This document shows, in pieces, positions 10,201 through 18,684 of a DNA stretch of 64,000 bases. Both the position numbers and the translations under genes were made by a program. Under the pieces are notes generated by a model that had not been told where the DNA came from, ran no database searches, and saw only the letters and a list, made by a program, of their open reading frames with translations. The stretch comes from a virus (taxonomy: Duplodnaviria; Caudoviricetes). How positions within the stretch are numbered: position 1 is the stretch's first letter; each line of letters begins with the position of its first letter. The stretch spans positions 11,782-75,781 of IMG/VR virus record IMGVR_UViG_3300038312_000327, one strand, 5' to 3'.

Positions 10201-12411
10201 GCTAAAACAGCACTCGAAAACGCTAAAATAAACCTTTGGGGACAGAGAGATACACTTCTTTCAACTATTAATACCGCTATTGCTGACGGGAAAACAACTA
10301 TTGCTGAAAAGAATGCGGTTGATAGTGCTTTCAACACATTTAACAGCCTTATGTCAGCCTTTCAAAGTGCCTTGGAAGAAGCAAATAAAACTATTCAAGC
10401 TAAATTAGATAGTTTGAGTAAGGGGTACGTGGATGAGTTGGAGATTGGGGGAGTCAATCTACTTCTTAACTCAAAAGCATACGGAGATGTAAGGGTGAAC
10501 CAGACAACCCCCAAAGCCGTAGTTCAAGGAGCTAATCTATCTAAATTAACTCTAGGTAAATGGTATATGGTTTCTTTTGATGCTAAATGGGTGAGCGGTA
10601 GCAATATCCTCCATTGCGAATTTAATGGGTCGGAAGGCGGAGATGTAACTGTAAATACCGATGGGAGTTGGAAGAGATATTCATTAAAGAGCAAACCAAA
10701 CGCAACATTCCTTTATTTTTGGAACGCTTCTGGCATAGGCGACATTTATGTAAGGAATATAAAGATTGAGGAGGGGGATAAAGCTACCCCTTGGACAGAA
10801 GCACCCGAAGATGTACAAGCCGCCATTGACACCGAAAAGACCCGTATCAACGACATCCTTTCGGACAACGTTGCAGACCCGTCGGAAAAGCAGTACCTGA
10901 GCAATCTTTGGCAAGAAATCTACGCCGAATACCCACGCATCTGGGCGCAGGCAAACGATTATTCGGTCGATAAGAGCAATTACGAAGCGAAATACACGGC
11001 ACTTAACAATCTGCTTTCTCCGGTACTTGCTAATCTTACTGTAAACACAACTGTTTCGGGTGCATCTATCAGAACAGCCTTTTCACAGTACTACGATGCG
11101 AGGATATTCTTACAAAATGCGATAACAAACAAGGTAAATCAAAATGCGGGTGATGCTGCTGCGGTTGCTGGCGATGCGCAGGCAAAGGCGAACACGGCGA
11201 AGGCTGTTACGGACAAGTTCGGTACTACTCAAGATGGCGGATTGATTAGTACCGTGATGATTCTCTTGAGGGAGCTCAACTCTATTATCGAAACTGCGGG
11301 TATTTCGGGAATTCAGGGTGCGTTGAAAAATTATCCGTCGATGTGGTCGGGAGGAACATACGCACAGGCGATGGCAGTCGTTGAATTCCTTTCTAAAATG
11401 TCTGCAGGTACAACACCCTCCAGCGGAGAATATGACAATTTAGCAAAAATAACATTTCTTCATAACGGTGCTGCGAAAGTAGGAGATTTTATCATTGAAG
11501 AAAGCGGAAGAATTGTAATGGTTCATCCTGACACCGGAAAGGAGCGGCTTGTATTTAACGTCATGGATATCCCCCTTGTTGCTGATTTAATGTTACAAAA
11601 TACGGATGGTGATTCAGTTATAAATGCGGGGAGCTTGTCATCGACAACAAGTACAACAACTCTCCCTAACACCGTCACCGTTACAAAGACCGGCTCTGAA
11701 TTAACCGTTTCGGGAACATGCCTGGTTTCTGGCAGTCTCAATATTCCATCCTATTCAGTCGGGGAGGTTGGCGTGTCAATATATCTATATAAGAATGGAG
11801 CATATTATCAGACAATTATTTCCGATGGGGACTCGCTATCCACTGAATCACCGAGCTATAGCAATACTACTGCATTTTCAAAAAAATATACTGTTGACAA
11901 AGGGACTTATTCAATTGTAATATCGAGAACATTTTTTAACTGCAAAACTTCTTCCGGTGGACTTTCCGGGAACTCAACGCTTGCATGGAGTTTTGTTCAA
12001 AGCGGTGTTAGGTATTTCCAGTTTGGATTAAATGGGTTCATGGCTTTCTTCGAAAACAACCATGCTCACTTCACAGAGCTGGAGGGTTGGGATTTACGAG
12101 GCAAAACAAATATGCCCGGAGTACTGCTTTCAGGGAGTGTAGGTTTAAATGGAGGTTTTAACACAGTTTGGGGGGCAAAAAAACATGCTTCGTCCACCGC
12201 AATTAGAAATGCTTTAGGGCAATATACGGTTTATCATAGCGTCGGACATTCCGATTATAGTGTGCAAATAACATCTGAAACGAGCGGACGTGCGTTTTAT
12301 GTGCCAACGGCTAATAAGGGAACTTCAAGTTTCGTAGTTTACTTTACTAATTTAAGTGGTGCGGCAGCGGATGCAAACTTCTCGTTTCAAATTACCGGGA
12401 GAAATTATTAA
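7240..12411 (+). CDS. Tail hub / host-specificity (tail fibre) protein
   Basis: 1723 aa; prophage-tail-type N-terminus (VTRLLVRGGNQN), helical repeats, two IGGxN...APEDVQA CBM-like modules, beta-rich C-terminus. Confidence 0.8.
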   Translation: MISVYRKISGVETEICTLSAKQSEHKTAIRGLNEIQISITVDVMLPILEGDYIKLNGVNYTINRDVEYTIESDVKYSYDLVFEHPFYILLNKLYCSRITGHTSFTLTGKLRDFVELLVWCVNISPENPDGVDTGWTVGEIFNTEYKTLTFQDMYCNEVLNKLSDEFQVEYFFNNKQVNFVERIERLTDHVFEHGAGKGLYKLTQQNVDKEDTVTRLLVRGGNQNVPNGYADEEGYLKLPENYLEDFSEHAKVVERKKKFEEEFPRFVGSIATVSGENNKILTCPQIDFDIAAIAVGDNVRINFLTGDLMGVSMKFNWQNSNKQITLIEQEDETALAGADGTKPTIPNTSKKAKVGDEFNFTGVLMPESYVTASITRLRNKGNKYLGLFSKKRVKFTLDIDHRYMRGKPELIVGDLVVISIPQRNFNQVIRIAELGKNLHTGAISATVSNYLEENWEKYVESKVENVRNDILAKQANVRNTLETIFRDGIVTESELKSIEAILTNLSVERGQLNAQYLVVRGNVNLINKTPLETAWSNYQTAFVDVETAINNAITDKLISDAEKANIDNKISVYSTRTNEFATALENARVAIEDNKNQGVLDVVDQNRQYLQDQIDGVVDNWFYPYSPTLANYPASDWTTNTIKDRHVGDTFTNTAQAPATDAGKSWRFVKNGTVYSWTQIADSDAVLALQKAAQAQSTADGKSTTYLIQPSSYKFGDMWVLAADQTVNGIAYKQGEILTATQDSTTYNQAHWVKKVRYTDDSAVNNLQIGGRNYFTLSTNLTCWRTDTGASFSPTERFIGGFAFNLISGVGSNIRISNYLFKGLWTLSFDILSNATNATFQIDFGDTNIKNFTTHETSGIPKHITYTADNNGAYDFFDIALTAPINDIRIENLKIEKYGKETDYSEAPEDVQAEIDNAKQEALNAANSVQTNVDNLNNYVDGSFKNGIIDSAEAKAIEKYKNTINETMAKAEASFLKVFGNTYLEGAAKTALENAKINLWGQRDTLLSTINTAIADGKTTIAEKNAVDSAFNTFNSLMSAFQSALEEANKTIQAKLDSLSKGYVDELEIGGVNLLLNSKAYGDVRVNQTTPKAVVQGANLSKLTLGKWYMVSFDAKWVSGSNILHCEFNGSEGGDVTVNTDGSWKRYSLKSKPNATFLYFWNASGIGDIYVRNIKIEEGDKATPWTEAPEDVQAAIDTEKTRINDILSDNVADPSEKQYLSNLWQEIYAEYPRIWAQANDYSVDKSNYEAKYTALNNLLSPVLANLTVNTTVSGASIRTAFSQYYDARIFLQNAITNKVNQNAGDAAAVAGDAQAKANTAKAVTDKFGTTQDGGLISTVMILLRELNSIIETAGISGIQGALKNYPSMWSGGTYAQAMAVVEFLSKMSAGTTPSSGEYDNLAKITFLHNGAAKVGDFIIEESGRIVMVHPDTGKERLVFNVMDIPLVADLMLQNTDGDSVINAGSLSSTTSTTTLPNTVTVTKTGSELTVSGTCLVSGSLNIPSYSVGEVGVSIYLYKNGAYYQTIISDGDSLSTESPSYSNTTAFSKKYTVDKGTYSIVISRTFFNCKTSSGGLSGNSTLAWSFVQSGVRYFQFGLNGFMAFFENNHAHFTELEGWDLRGKTNMPGVLLSGSVGLNGGFNTVWGAKKHASSTAIRNALGQYTVYHSVGHSDYSVQITSETSGRAFYVPTANKGTSSFVVYFTNLSGAAADANFSFQITGRNY

Positions 12412-12414
12412 AAA

Positions 12415-12450
12415 ATCCCGCAACGGCGGTTACGGGATTCCATATATTTT
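12415..12450 (+). terminator. Hairpin after tail gene
   Basis: AATCCCG...CGGGATT inverted repeat between convergent genes. Confidence 0.5.
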
Positions 12451-12460
12451 TTATGAAATT

Positions 12461-12985
12461 CTATTGATTGGGATAAGGCAGAAATACAAAAGCGGTGTCA
12501 AACAGCCGATAACATTCGGTGTAGTTTTCACTGTTGAACGCTGCCTCTATCAACGGGCGGGCGTTATTGATGATCTCATCAGGCACATAAGCGATTGTGT
12601 CATTATTAACGTCGGTAATTACTACATTGGTGGCATATGTCAGGTCTTTGTAGTATTCACCTTCCGAAGTGATAACGTCAATCCCAAGCATTTTAAGAGA
12701 CGGTGTATTAAAATCTCGCTGTGAGTCCATAAAAGTGCGGGCAATGTGTTTCGGAGTTTCAAAGTAGGCATTACCGGCGTAGTGTGAAGTCCACTTGATA
12801 TTGACAGCATTTTGTACAACTTCGAGAGCCGTTAATCCAGTGATAGTCGAGCGAAGCTGGACGCCCTTTGCGGGTTTTAGAATTATCATTGCATTAGGGT
12901 CAAGCTGACCTTTATCTACGATTTCTTTCGGGTCGCAATTAACAAAAAGAGCGACGGCCAATAATAAGAATAGAATTTTTTTCAT
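12461..12985 (-). CDS. Lipoprotein (cargo gene)
   Basis: Signal peptide MKKILFLLLAVALFVN-C lipobox followed by acidic DPKE. Confidence 0.75.
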   Translation of the reverse strand: MKKILFLLLAVALFVNCDPKEIVDKGQLDPNAMIILKPAKGVQLRSTITGLTALEVVQNAVNIKWTSHYAGNAYFETPKHIARTFMDSQRDFNTPSLKMLGIDVITSEGEYYKDLTYATNVVITDVNNDTIAYVPDEIINNARPLIEAAFNSENYTECYRLFDTAFVFLPYPNQ

Positions 12986-13085
12986 AGCGCTAAATTTTTA
13001 ATTGATACAAAATTAACCTTTTATCCAATAAGAACTAACTTGTCAATCTAAAATATAAAAAAATACCGCTTAGAGGGTAAGAAAA

Positions 13086-14543
13086 TCAATAGATTCCTGA
13101 TTTTATTTTCAGATAATTGCTACAAGCTTCATTTAGTATATTCCTTGTAATGTCGTGAGCATATTCAAGTATATTTTCACTTTTAAAATCAACAAAGGCA
13201 AGTAATTCTTTTGTCAATCTATATCTAATTATTATAGTACTATCTAATATGGTATATTCGTATGATGGATCCATATTATAGATTCTGAATCTGTTTTTTG
13301 AATAATCAGCTAATGCTATAAATGTTCTAATAATCTTTTCAAGGATTTCATCATTAAAATATTCTGATATGAGTTTATTCCCAAGTATCTCTATTTTTAA
13401 TTTAAGATCTTTGTCTGTGCCCATTAAATCACTCATTAAATCTAAAACGATGAAAGGAGCAAACGCTGTGTTGTAATTATAAGATTTCCAATTAATTGGA
13501 ATCATGTAATCTTTTATACTATAAGGTTTGTTTGAATACTTTAATAAAGACCGTAAATTAATTAAATTATTTTTAATGCAGAGTTTAATCAAAAATTTTA
13601 ATGCCGACGAACATGTATATAAATCATCTCTAAAATTTAAAATATCATTATAGGTCGAATCAAATCGAATTGATTTAAATATTCTGTCAACAGACTCTTC
13701 AACCAGAAGATGATTATCAAAGAAAAAAATATCTCTATCATAGAATTTATCAATGTAACCAGCAAAATCAACATCTAAACCATATTTTGAGTGGAATATT
13801 TTTCGAACATTATTAATATCACACACTAACATTATTTTATCAAAGCCGTATTTTATTTCATTTTGCTGATAGTAATCCGAATGTGCTGCAAAGATATTGA
13901 AAATCCTAAAAATATGTTCAGGGTCTAATCTATCCAAATCGTCAATTATTAAGACTGTTTTTTTATTTGTATTCTCGGCTTTGTTTTTCCAATCATCAAT
14001 TAACGAATCTAACAACTCTGTTATTAAATTTGATTCATAGATTGAGCCGTTCTTATTTTTTTGTGTATGCAAATAATCTAACAAAATATCATAATCAGTT
14101 TTTTGAACTCTTTCTTTATACTCTTCAAATGATTTATTCAGTTTTAAGATTTGGGGAAGCAATTTTAAAGCTTTGCCAATTTTCCCTGAAAATTCAGCAA
14201 CGAGAGATATTAGCTCATTGATATTGTTCTGAATAAAAAAAGGCAGTAAAAGGTTATTTGAAAAATCAATTTTCTCTGACTCGTCTATAATTTCTAACAG
14301 CTTAAAAATTACATCGAATTTAATATATTCAAAAATATCATCATTGGATGAAACCACGTAGTGAACAGGGTATATGAAAAAAGGTTGATATTCTCCATTA
14401 CCATCAAAAAAATTATTTAAAAAGTATGTTTTCCCATTTCCAAAAGGAGCTGAAAATATAATTTTTTTGTTCTCTTCTAACAATAAGAATTTTTGGAAAC
14501 GTTGAATTTCAGAATCAATACTAATTATTATTTTGTCATTCAT
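13086..14543 (-). CDS. KAP-family P-loop NTPase (cargo gene)
   Basis: Walker A APFGNGKT, Walker B LIIDDLDRLDP; very AT-rich; TATGTTTG promoter at 14568-14575. Confidence 0.8.
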   Translation of the reverse strand: MNDKIIISIDSEIQRFQKFLLLEENKKIIFSAPFGNGKTYFLNNFFDGNGEYQPFFIYPVHYVVSSNDDIFEYIKFDVIFKLLEIIDESEKIDFSNNLLLPFFIQNNINELISLVAEFSGKIGKALKLLPQILKLNKSFEEYKERVQKTDYDILLDYLHTQKNKNGSIYESNLITELLDSLIDDWKNKAENTNKKTVLIIDDLDRLDPEHIFRIFNIFAAHSDYYQQNEIKYGFDKIMLVCDINNVRKIFHSKYGLDVDFAGYIDKFYDRDIFFFDNHLLVEESVDRIFKSIRFDSTYNDILNFRDDLYTCSSALKFLIKLCIKNNLINLRSLLKYSNKPYSIKDYMIPINWKSYNYNTAFAPFIVLDLMSDLMGTDKDLKLKIEILGNKLISEYFNDEILEKIIRTFIALADYSKNRFRIYNMDPSYEYTILDSTIIIRYRLTKELLAFVDFKSENILEYAHDITRNILNEACSNYLKIKSGIY

Positions 14544-14620
14544 GAAAGTATATAGTTAAGAATAATACAAACATACTAAATAAAAAGATACCTCCTTTTA
14601 TATTTTACCATAAAAAGGCC

Positions 14621-16087
14621 ATGACCATTGATGAAATATTAGCATTACAGGACTTTAAACAAGCTATCGATATTTTAACAAAAGACTCGAAGGAGGATCG
14701 AAATCGTGAAGAATATCTTAAAGAATTTAAAGGCGAAAGAAGCCGTCGTCCAGGAAGTGTTGACAAGCGAGAAGACAAGTCGGTCGAAATGTATTCTGAA
14801 ACCGAAACGGAGATTGATAAAAACGGAGAAGAAGTTCCTAAAAGTCTTGGAAAAAAGTCTGTACCGGTTGCACGTGTAAAAACCAATACACCAAAACGCA
14901 TTGTCCGTATTGCAGCTGCTTTCCTGTTTGGAGGAGAGATGAATATTTCCTTTGCCGAGGATAGTGAGGGATCACAATTTTTCAAGGAAGTATTCGAGGA
15001 TAAATTGAAAATGAAATCATTTTTCAATCAATTTGCTCGAGTTGTTAAAACTGAGACAAAAGGCGCTATCGTGTTTTATCCCCGTCCAGGCGTTGATGTT
15101 GATGGAAAGCAAATTTTGGAGGTAAAAGCAAAGATCCTGTCTTCAAAAAATGGCGACTTCTTCCCGCACTTCGACGATTTCGGTGACATGGATGCTTTCA
15201 CCAGGAAGTATAAATCTATCTACTCAGAGGACGGAAAAGAGCATGATTTTATTTGGATTCAAACAGCTGCGCAGGAATTTCTATATGTCGACGTATCCGG
15301 AACCTGGCAACTTGTAGAAAAGTATCCTCAAAAAAACCTTGCAGGCAAGATAACAGTAGTATATGCAGAACAGGACCAGCCGGAATGGGAGGATGTAACC
15401 ACTTTGATGGATTACTACGAAAACAGGTTGAGCCGCATGGTTGATACCAACGACTACTTTGGCGACCCTATTTTAAAAAATTACGGTGAAAGCTCGTTGC
15501 CGTCGAAAAACACTGTAGGTAAACAGATTTCATATCCTGTCAAAATAGATCCCGATACTGGGAAAGAGTATCATGGTGATGCTGATTACCTCGTTTGGCA
15601 GCAATCAATCGACAGCATCAAGCTGGAATTGGAGACTTTAAGAAATGAAATATATGCCGGATCTTCGACGCCGGATTTGAGCTTTGAAAACATGAAAAGT
15701 ATCGGAGCATTATCCGGTACCGCAATTGAATTAATGTTTATTGAGGCGTTCATCAAGGCCGCTGAAGGGATGGAGATATTCGGGCCTGTTGTGCAAAGAT
15801 CTGTATCTGTTGTTCGCGCATTGATTTCTAATGTGACCAACACCAAGTACAAAAACGACCTGATCAAAGCTAATCCGAAAGTAACATTTGGCTCAGTACT
15901 TCCAGATGATTTGAAAGAAATTGTTGAAGTCCTTACCAAAGCAAATGGAGATAAGCCAATCAATAGTCAAGAAACAATTGTTGGCCGATCACCTTTCACT
16001 AAAGATGTGGGAGAAGAAGTTAAGCGCCTAAAAGCAGAGGCGGATGAGGATAGTCAACGTAATGTTATAACCGGATTTTCAGTATAA
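14621..16087 (+). CDS. Portal protein (SPP1 gp6-like)
   Basis: 488 aa; GSSTPDLSFENMKSIGALSGTAIELMF motif; precedes head morphogenesis gene. Confidence 0.9.
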   Translation: MTIDEILALQDFKQAIDILTKDSKEDRNREEYLKEFKGERSRRPGSVDKREDKSVEMYSETETEIDKNGEEVPKSLGKKSVPVARVKTNTPKRIVRIAAAFLFGGEMNISFAEDSEGSQFFKEVFEDKLKMKSFFNQFARVVKTETKGAIVFYPRPGVDVDGKQILEVKAKILSSKNGDFFPHFDDFGDMDAFTRKYKSIYSEDGKEHDFIWIQTAAQEFLYVDVSGTWQLVEKYPQKNLAGKITVVYAEQDQPEWEDVTTLMDYYENRLSRMVDTNDYFGDPILKNYGESSLPSKNTVGKQISYPVKIDPDTGKEYHGDADYLVWQQSIDSIKLELETLRNEIYAGSSTPDLSFENMKSIGALSGTAIELMFIEAFIKAAEGMEIFGPVVQRSVSVVRALISNVTNTKYKNDLIKANPKVTFGSVLPDDLKEIVEVLTKANGDKPINSQETIVGRSPFTKDVGEEVKRLKAEADEDSQRNVITGFSV

Positions 16088-16089
16088 TA

Positions 16090-17760
16090 ATGCCGTCCTT
16101 ATTATCATTTCACGACCAGCAGCATATTACCCGTATGTTTGTCCAGGAACAGCGGGTAAATATGATATTTAACCAGTTCGTTTCTTCCATTGCACCCGAA
16201 ATGCGAAAATGGAAAGATGCCGGCAATAAAAACAGCGTGTGGGTTCGCAATCCGGGCATTGAAAAAGCTATCGATAAATACCTGGTCCAGCTGCAATCCA
16301 ATCTCGAAAAAGAAATCAAATCCGGGCAAACGAAAGCCTGGAATGAGGCGGTCCTGAAGAATGATAAAATGGTAGAGAGCTATATCAAAGGAATGTCACT
16401 TTCTACTATTGTCAAGGAAGGGTTGTTCAGACGCAACCTTGATGCTCTCGAATTGCTTCAAAACAGGACCGAAAACGGGTTAAATATTTCGCAGCGTGTA
16501 TGGAATATTGCAGACCAGACAAAAGGCCATGTGGAACTATTCCTTGAAGGTGGTATTTCTACCGGTAGGAGCGCAGACCAGATCAGCCGGGATTTCAGGC
16601 AACTGTTACAAAATCCAGAGAAGCGTTTCCGACGAGTACGCAATAAAGAGGGCAAGCTTGTAATGTCCAAGCCGATGAAAGACTATCATCCCGGCCCGGG
16701 AGTCTACAGAAGTTCAAAGATGAACGCCATCCGTGTATCGGCTACCGAAACAAATATGGGATACCGGTTGAGTGATTCGGAGCGATGGAAGCAGCTTGAT
16801 TTCGTGTTAGGATTTGAGGTAAAGCGTTCCCGGAATGGTCATCCGTGCGCAATATGTGATGCGTTGGTGGGTAAATATCCGAAAGATTTTGTTTTCCCCG
16901 GATGGCACCCTTTCTGCATATGTATTGCTGTTCCAATTGTGATGGAGCATGAAGATTTTGCGGATTTTCTTTTGACTGATCAAATTCCTGAAAATAAATA
17001 TGTAAAAGATATACCAGGTAAAGCACGGGAATGGATGGATGGCTATATCAAAAAGACCGGAAGTGTGCCATATTTCGTGAAACTAAATGCAAAGTGGCCT
17101 CATGATAAAAACAATCCATCGATTTTATCGAAAGTGCAGAAAGGACAAGAAGCAAATAAAATAGCAGATTTTGGAATAACATCAATAATAAAACCAGAAA
17201 ATGAAAGGACGCTAATTCAAGCAAAATGGGATGAGCAAAAATTATATAACGAAATAAGGAAAACAGAAGACGAAATCAGGATGAATAAAAAATTTGAAAC
17301 TGCGGTAGCTTTTGATACATCAGGGAATATCGTTTTGGATAAGCGAGGAGAAGCTTCTTTCGTACAATTAAACGGCACCGACATGGATAGGCTAAAAGAT
17401 ACAGTATTTACTCATAATCACCCGAGAGGATGGGGTTATCCTGAAAAATCGTTGGGTAGAATAGGAAATTCGTTTAGCTCCCAAGATATATATACTGCAA
17501 TAAAGGCAAATGTTCAGGAAATGCGAGCCGTAACTCCACATTATACATTCTCGATGAAAAGACCGGAGAGCGGATGGGGCGATATTAACAGCGTTAGGAA
17601 TATTATCGAAAGTGAAAATAATAAACTAAGCAATGAAATGTGGAAAGGAATAAATAGTGGCATATTTAAACCGGAAAGGGCCTCTGCTATTCATTTTCAT
17701 ATACTCTGGAAGCGGGTAAGCAAAAAAATGAATTGGAATTATTCAAAATCGAAAACTTGA
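16090..17760 (+). CDS. Head morphogenesis (MuF/gp7) protein with C-terminal JAB/MPN-like toxin domain
   Basis: MuF motif CAICD...GWHPFCICI; C-terminal E...THNHP...SFSSQD JAMM-type motif. Confidence 0.8.
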   Translation: MPSLLSFHDQQHITRMFVQEQRVNMIFNQFVSSIAPEMRKWKDAGNKNSVWVRNPGIEKAIDKYLVQLQSNLEKEIKSGQTKAWNEAVLKNDKMVESYIKGMSLSTIVKEGLFRRNLDALELLQNRTENGLNISQRVWNIADQTKGHVELFLEGGISTGRSADQISRDFRQLLQNPEKRFRRVRNKEGKLVMSKPMKDYHPGPGVYRSSKMNAIRVSATETNMGYRLSDSERWKQLDFVLGFEVKRSRNGHPCAICDALVGKYPKDFVFPGWHPFCICIAVPIVMEHEDFADFLLTDQIPENKYVKDIPGKAREWMDGYIKKTGSVPYFVKLNAKWPHDKNNPSILSKVQKGQEANKIADFGITSIIKPENERTLIQAKWDEQKLYNEIRKTEDEIRMNKKFETAVAFDTSGNIVLDKRGEASFVQLNGTDMDRLKDTVFTHNHPRGWGYPEKSLGRIGNSFSSQDIYTAIKANVQEMRAVTPHYTFSMKRPESGWGDINSVRNIIESENNKLSNEMWKGINSGIFKPERASAIHFHILWKRVSKKMNWNYSKSKT

Positions 17761-17768
17761 CAATTCGA

Positions 17769-18011
17769 TTAATCAATTTCTTCAAAGGCAATATCCCCCA
17801 CTTGTCCATCAACCGGGTTATCGTGCATTTTTTCACCCGATAAATACTCATCGGGTATTCCACCTGGAAACGCGGCACAAAAATAATCCCACTCTTTAAA
17901 GTGCTTGCATCTGCAGCACTTGGAGACATACAAGTTAAGCAATTCATGCCTGTCATCAAGAATCATGTGCTTGTCTTTTTCTTCCTCGTTTTTATAAAGT
18001 CTTTTTGTCAT
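17769..18011 (-). CDS. Small Cys-rich protein, candidate toxin immunity factor
   Basis: CxxCKH...CAAFPGGIP motif; acidic; convergent with MuF-toxin. Confidence 0.6.
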   Translation of the reverse strand: MTKRLYKNEEEKDKHMILDDRHELLNLYVSKCCRCKHFKEWDYFCAAFPGGIPDEYLSGEKMHDNPVDGQVGDIAFEEID

Positions 18012-18063
18012 TTGTTTTTATTTAAAATATAAATAAAAGTAGTGATTATTTTCCGTTTAAAGA

Positions 18064-18091
18064 AAAGCGGGCGGATTTACCCGCTTTTCAG
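18064..18091. terminator. Bidirectional intrinsic terminator
   Basis: AAAAGCGGG-loop-CCCGCTTTT. Confidence 0.75.
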
Positions 18092-18101
18092 ATAACACAA
18101 A

Positions 18102-18293
18102 TCATTTATCTTCTTCAAAATTCAGCGTGAGTTTTACATTATCATGAATGATTATCAATCGGGCGGATATACTCGTCTCAGTAGTGTGGCAAAGCACTTT
18201 TTGGCCATCCATTATCCAATTGTCAATAAGTCTATTGAGTCCGTTTTTGAGTTTGTTCTTCGAAACCCGGCCGTGAATGGTTTTTACTGTCAT
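18102..18293 (-). CDS. Hypothetical protein, antirepressor operon
   Basis: 63 aa; overlaps stop of upstream gene. Confidence 0.55.
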   Translation of the reverse strand: MTVKTIHGRVSKNKLKNGLNRLIDNWIMDGQKVLCHTTETSISARLIIIHDNVKLTLNFEEDK

Positions 18294-18526
18294 TTTGAGC
18301 CTCCTTCCATCTTTGGGAGTGGTGAATCGAAATATAACTCGTTCCAGTGTTCATTACCTATTAATGCTGAAATATGTCCCGCCGTATCATCAAGATTGGT
18401 CTCAATTTCATCAACATGCTTTTCCAGTGAAACATCCGACAATTTTATAGATGATGCATATTTCAAGTAGCAAGCCTTTATCGCTTTCAATTGCTTAAGG
18501 TGCTCAATCATTGCCTCAGTATTCAT
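18290..18526 (-). CDS. Hypothetical protein, antirepressor operon (probable start MNTEAM)
   Basis: Coupled ORF, helical. Confidence 0.55.
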   Translation of the reverse strand: MNTEAMIEHLKQLKAIKACYLKYASSIKLSDVSLEKHVDEIETNLDDTAGHISALIGNEHWNELYFDSPLPKMEGGSK

Positions 18527-18684
18527 AATTTGCCTCCTTTCGCATTTACCATTTCCATGCACATGTTGCGGAAAAAAGAATCTAGTGAGCTGATGAATCT
18601 GTCAGGATCTGCGATATGACGTCCGGCAAGTTCAAAAATCCCTTTGGCGTCACTGACCATGGTTATCTTGGTTTTGCTTTTCAT
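18523..18684 (-). CDS. Hypothetical protein, antirepressor operon (probable start MKSKTK)
   Basis: ATGA-type overlap with antirepressor stop. Confidence 0.5.
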   Translation of the reverse strand: MKSKTKITMVSDAKGIFELAGRHIADPDRFISSLDSFFRNMCMEMVNAKGGKL

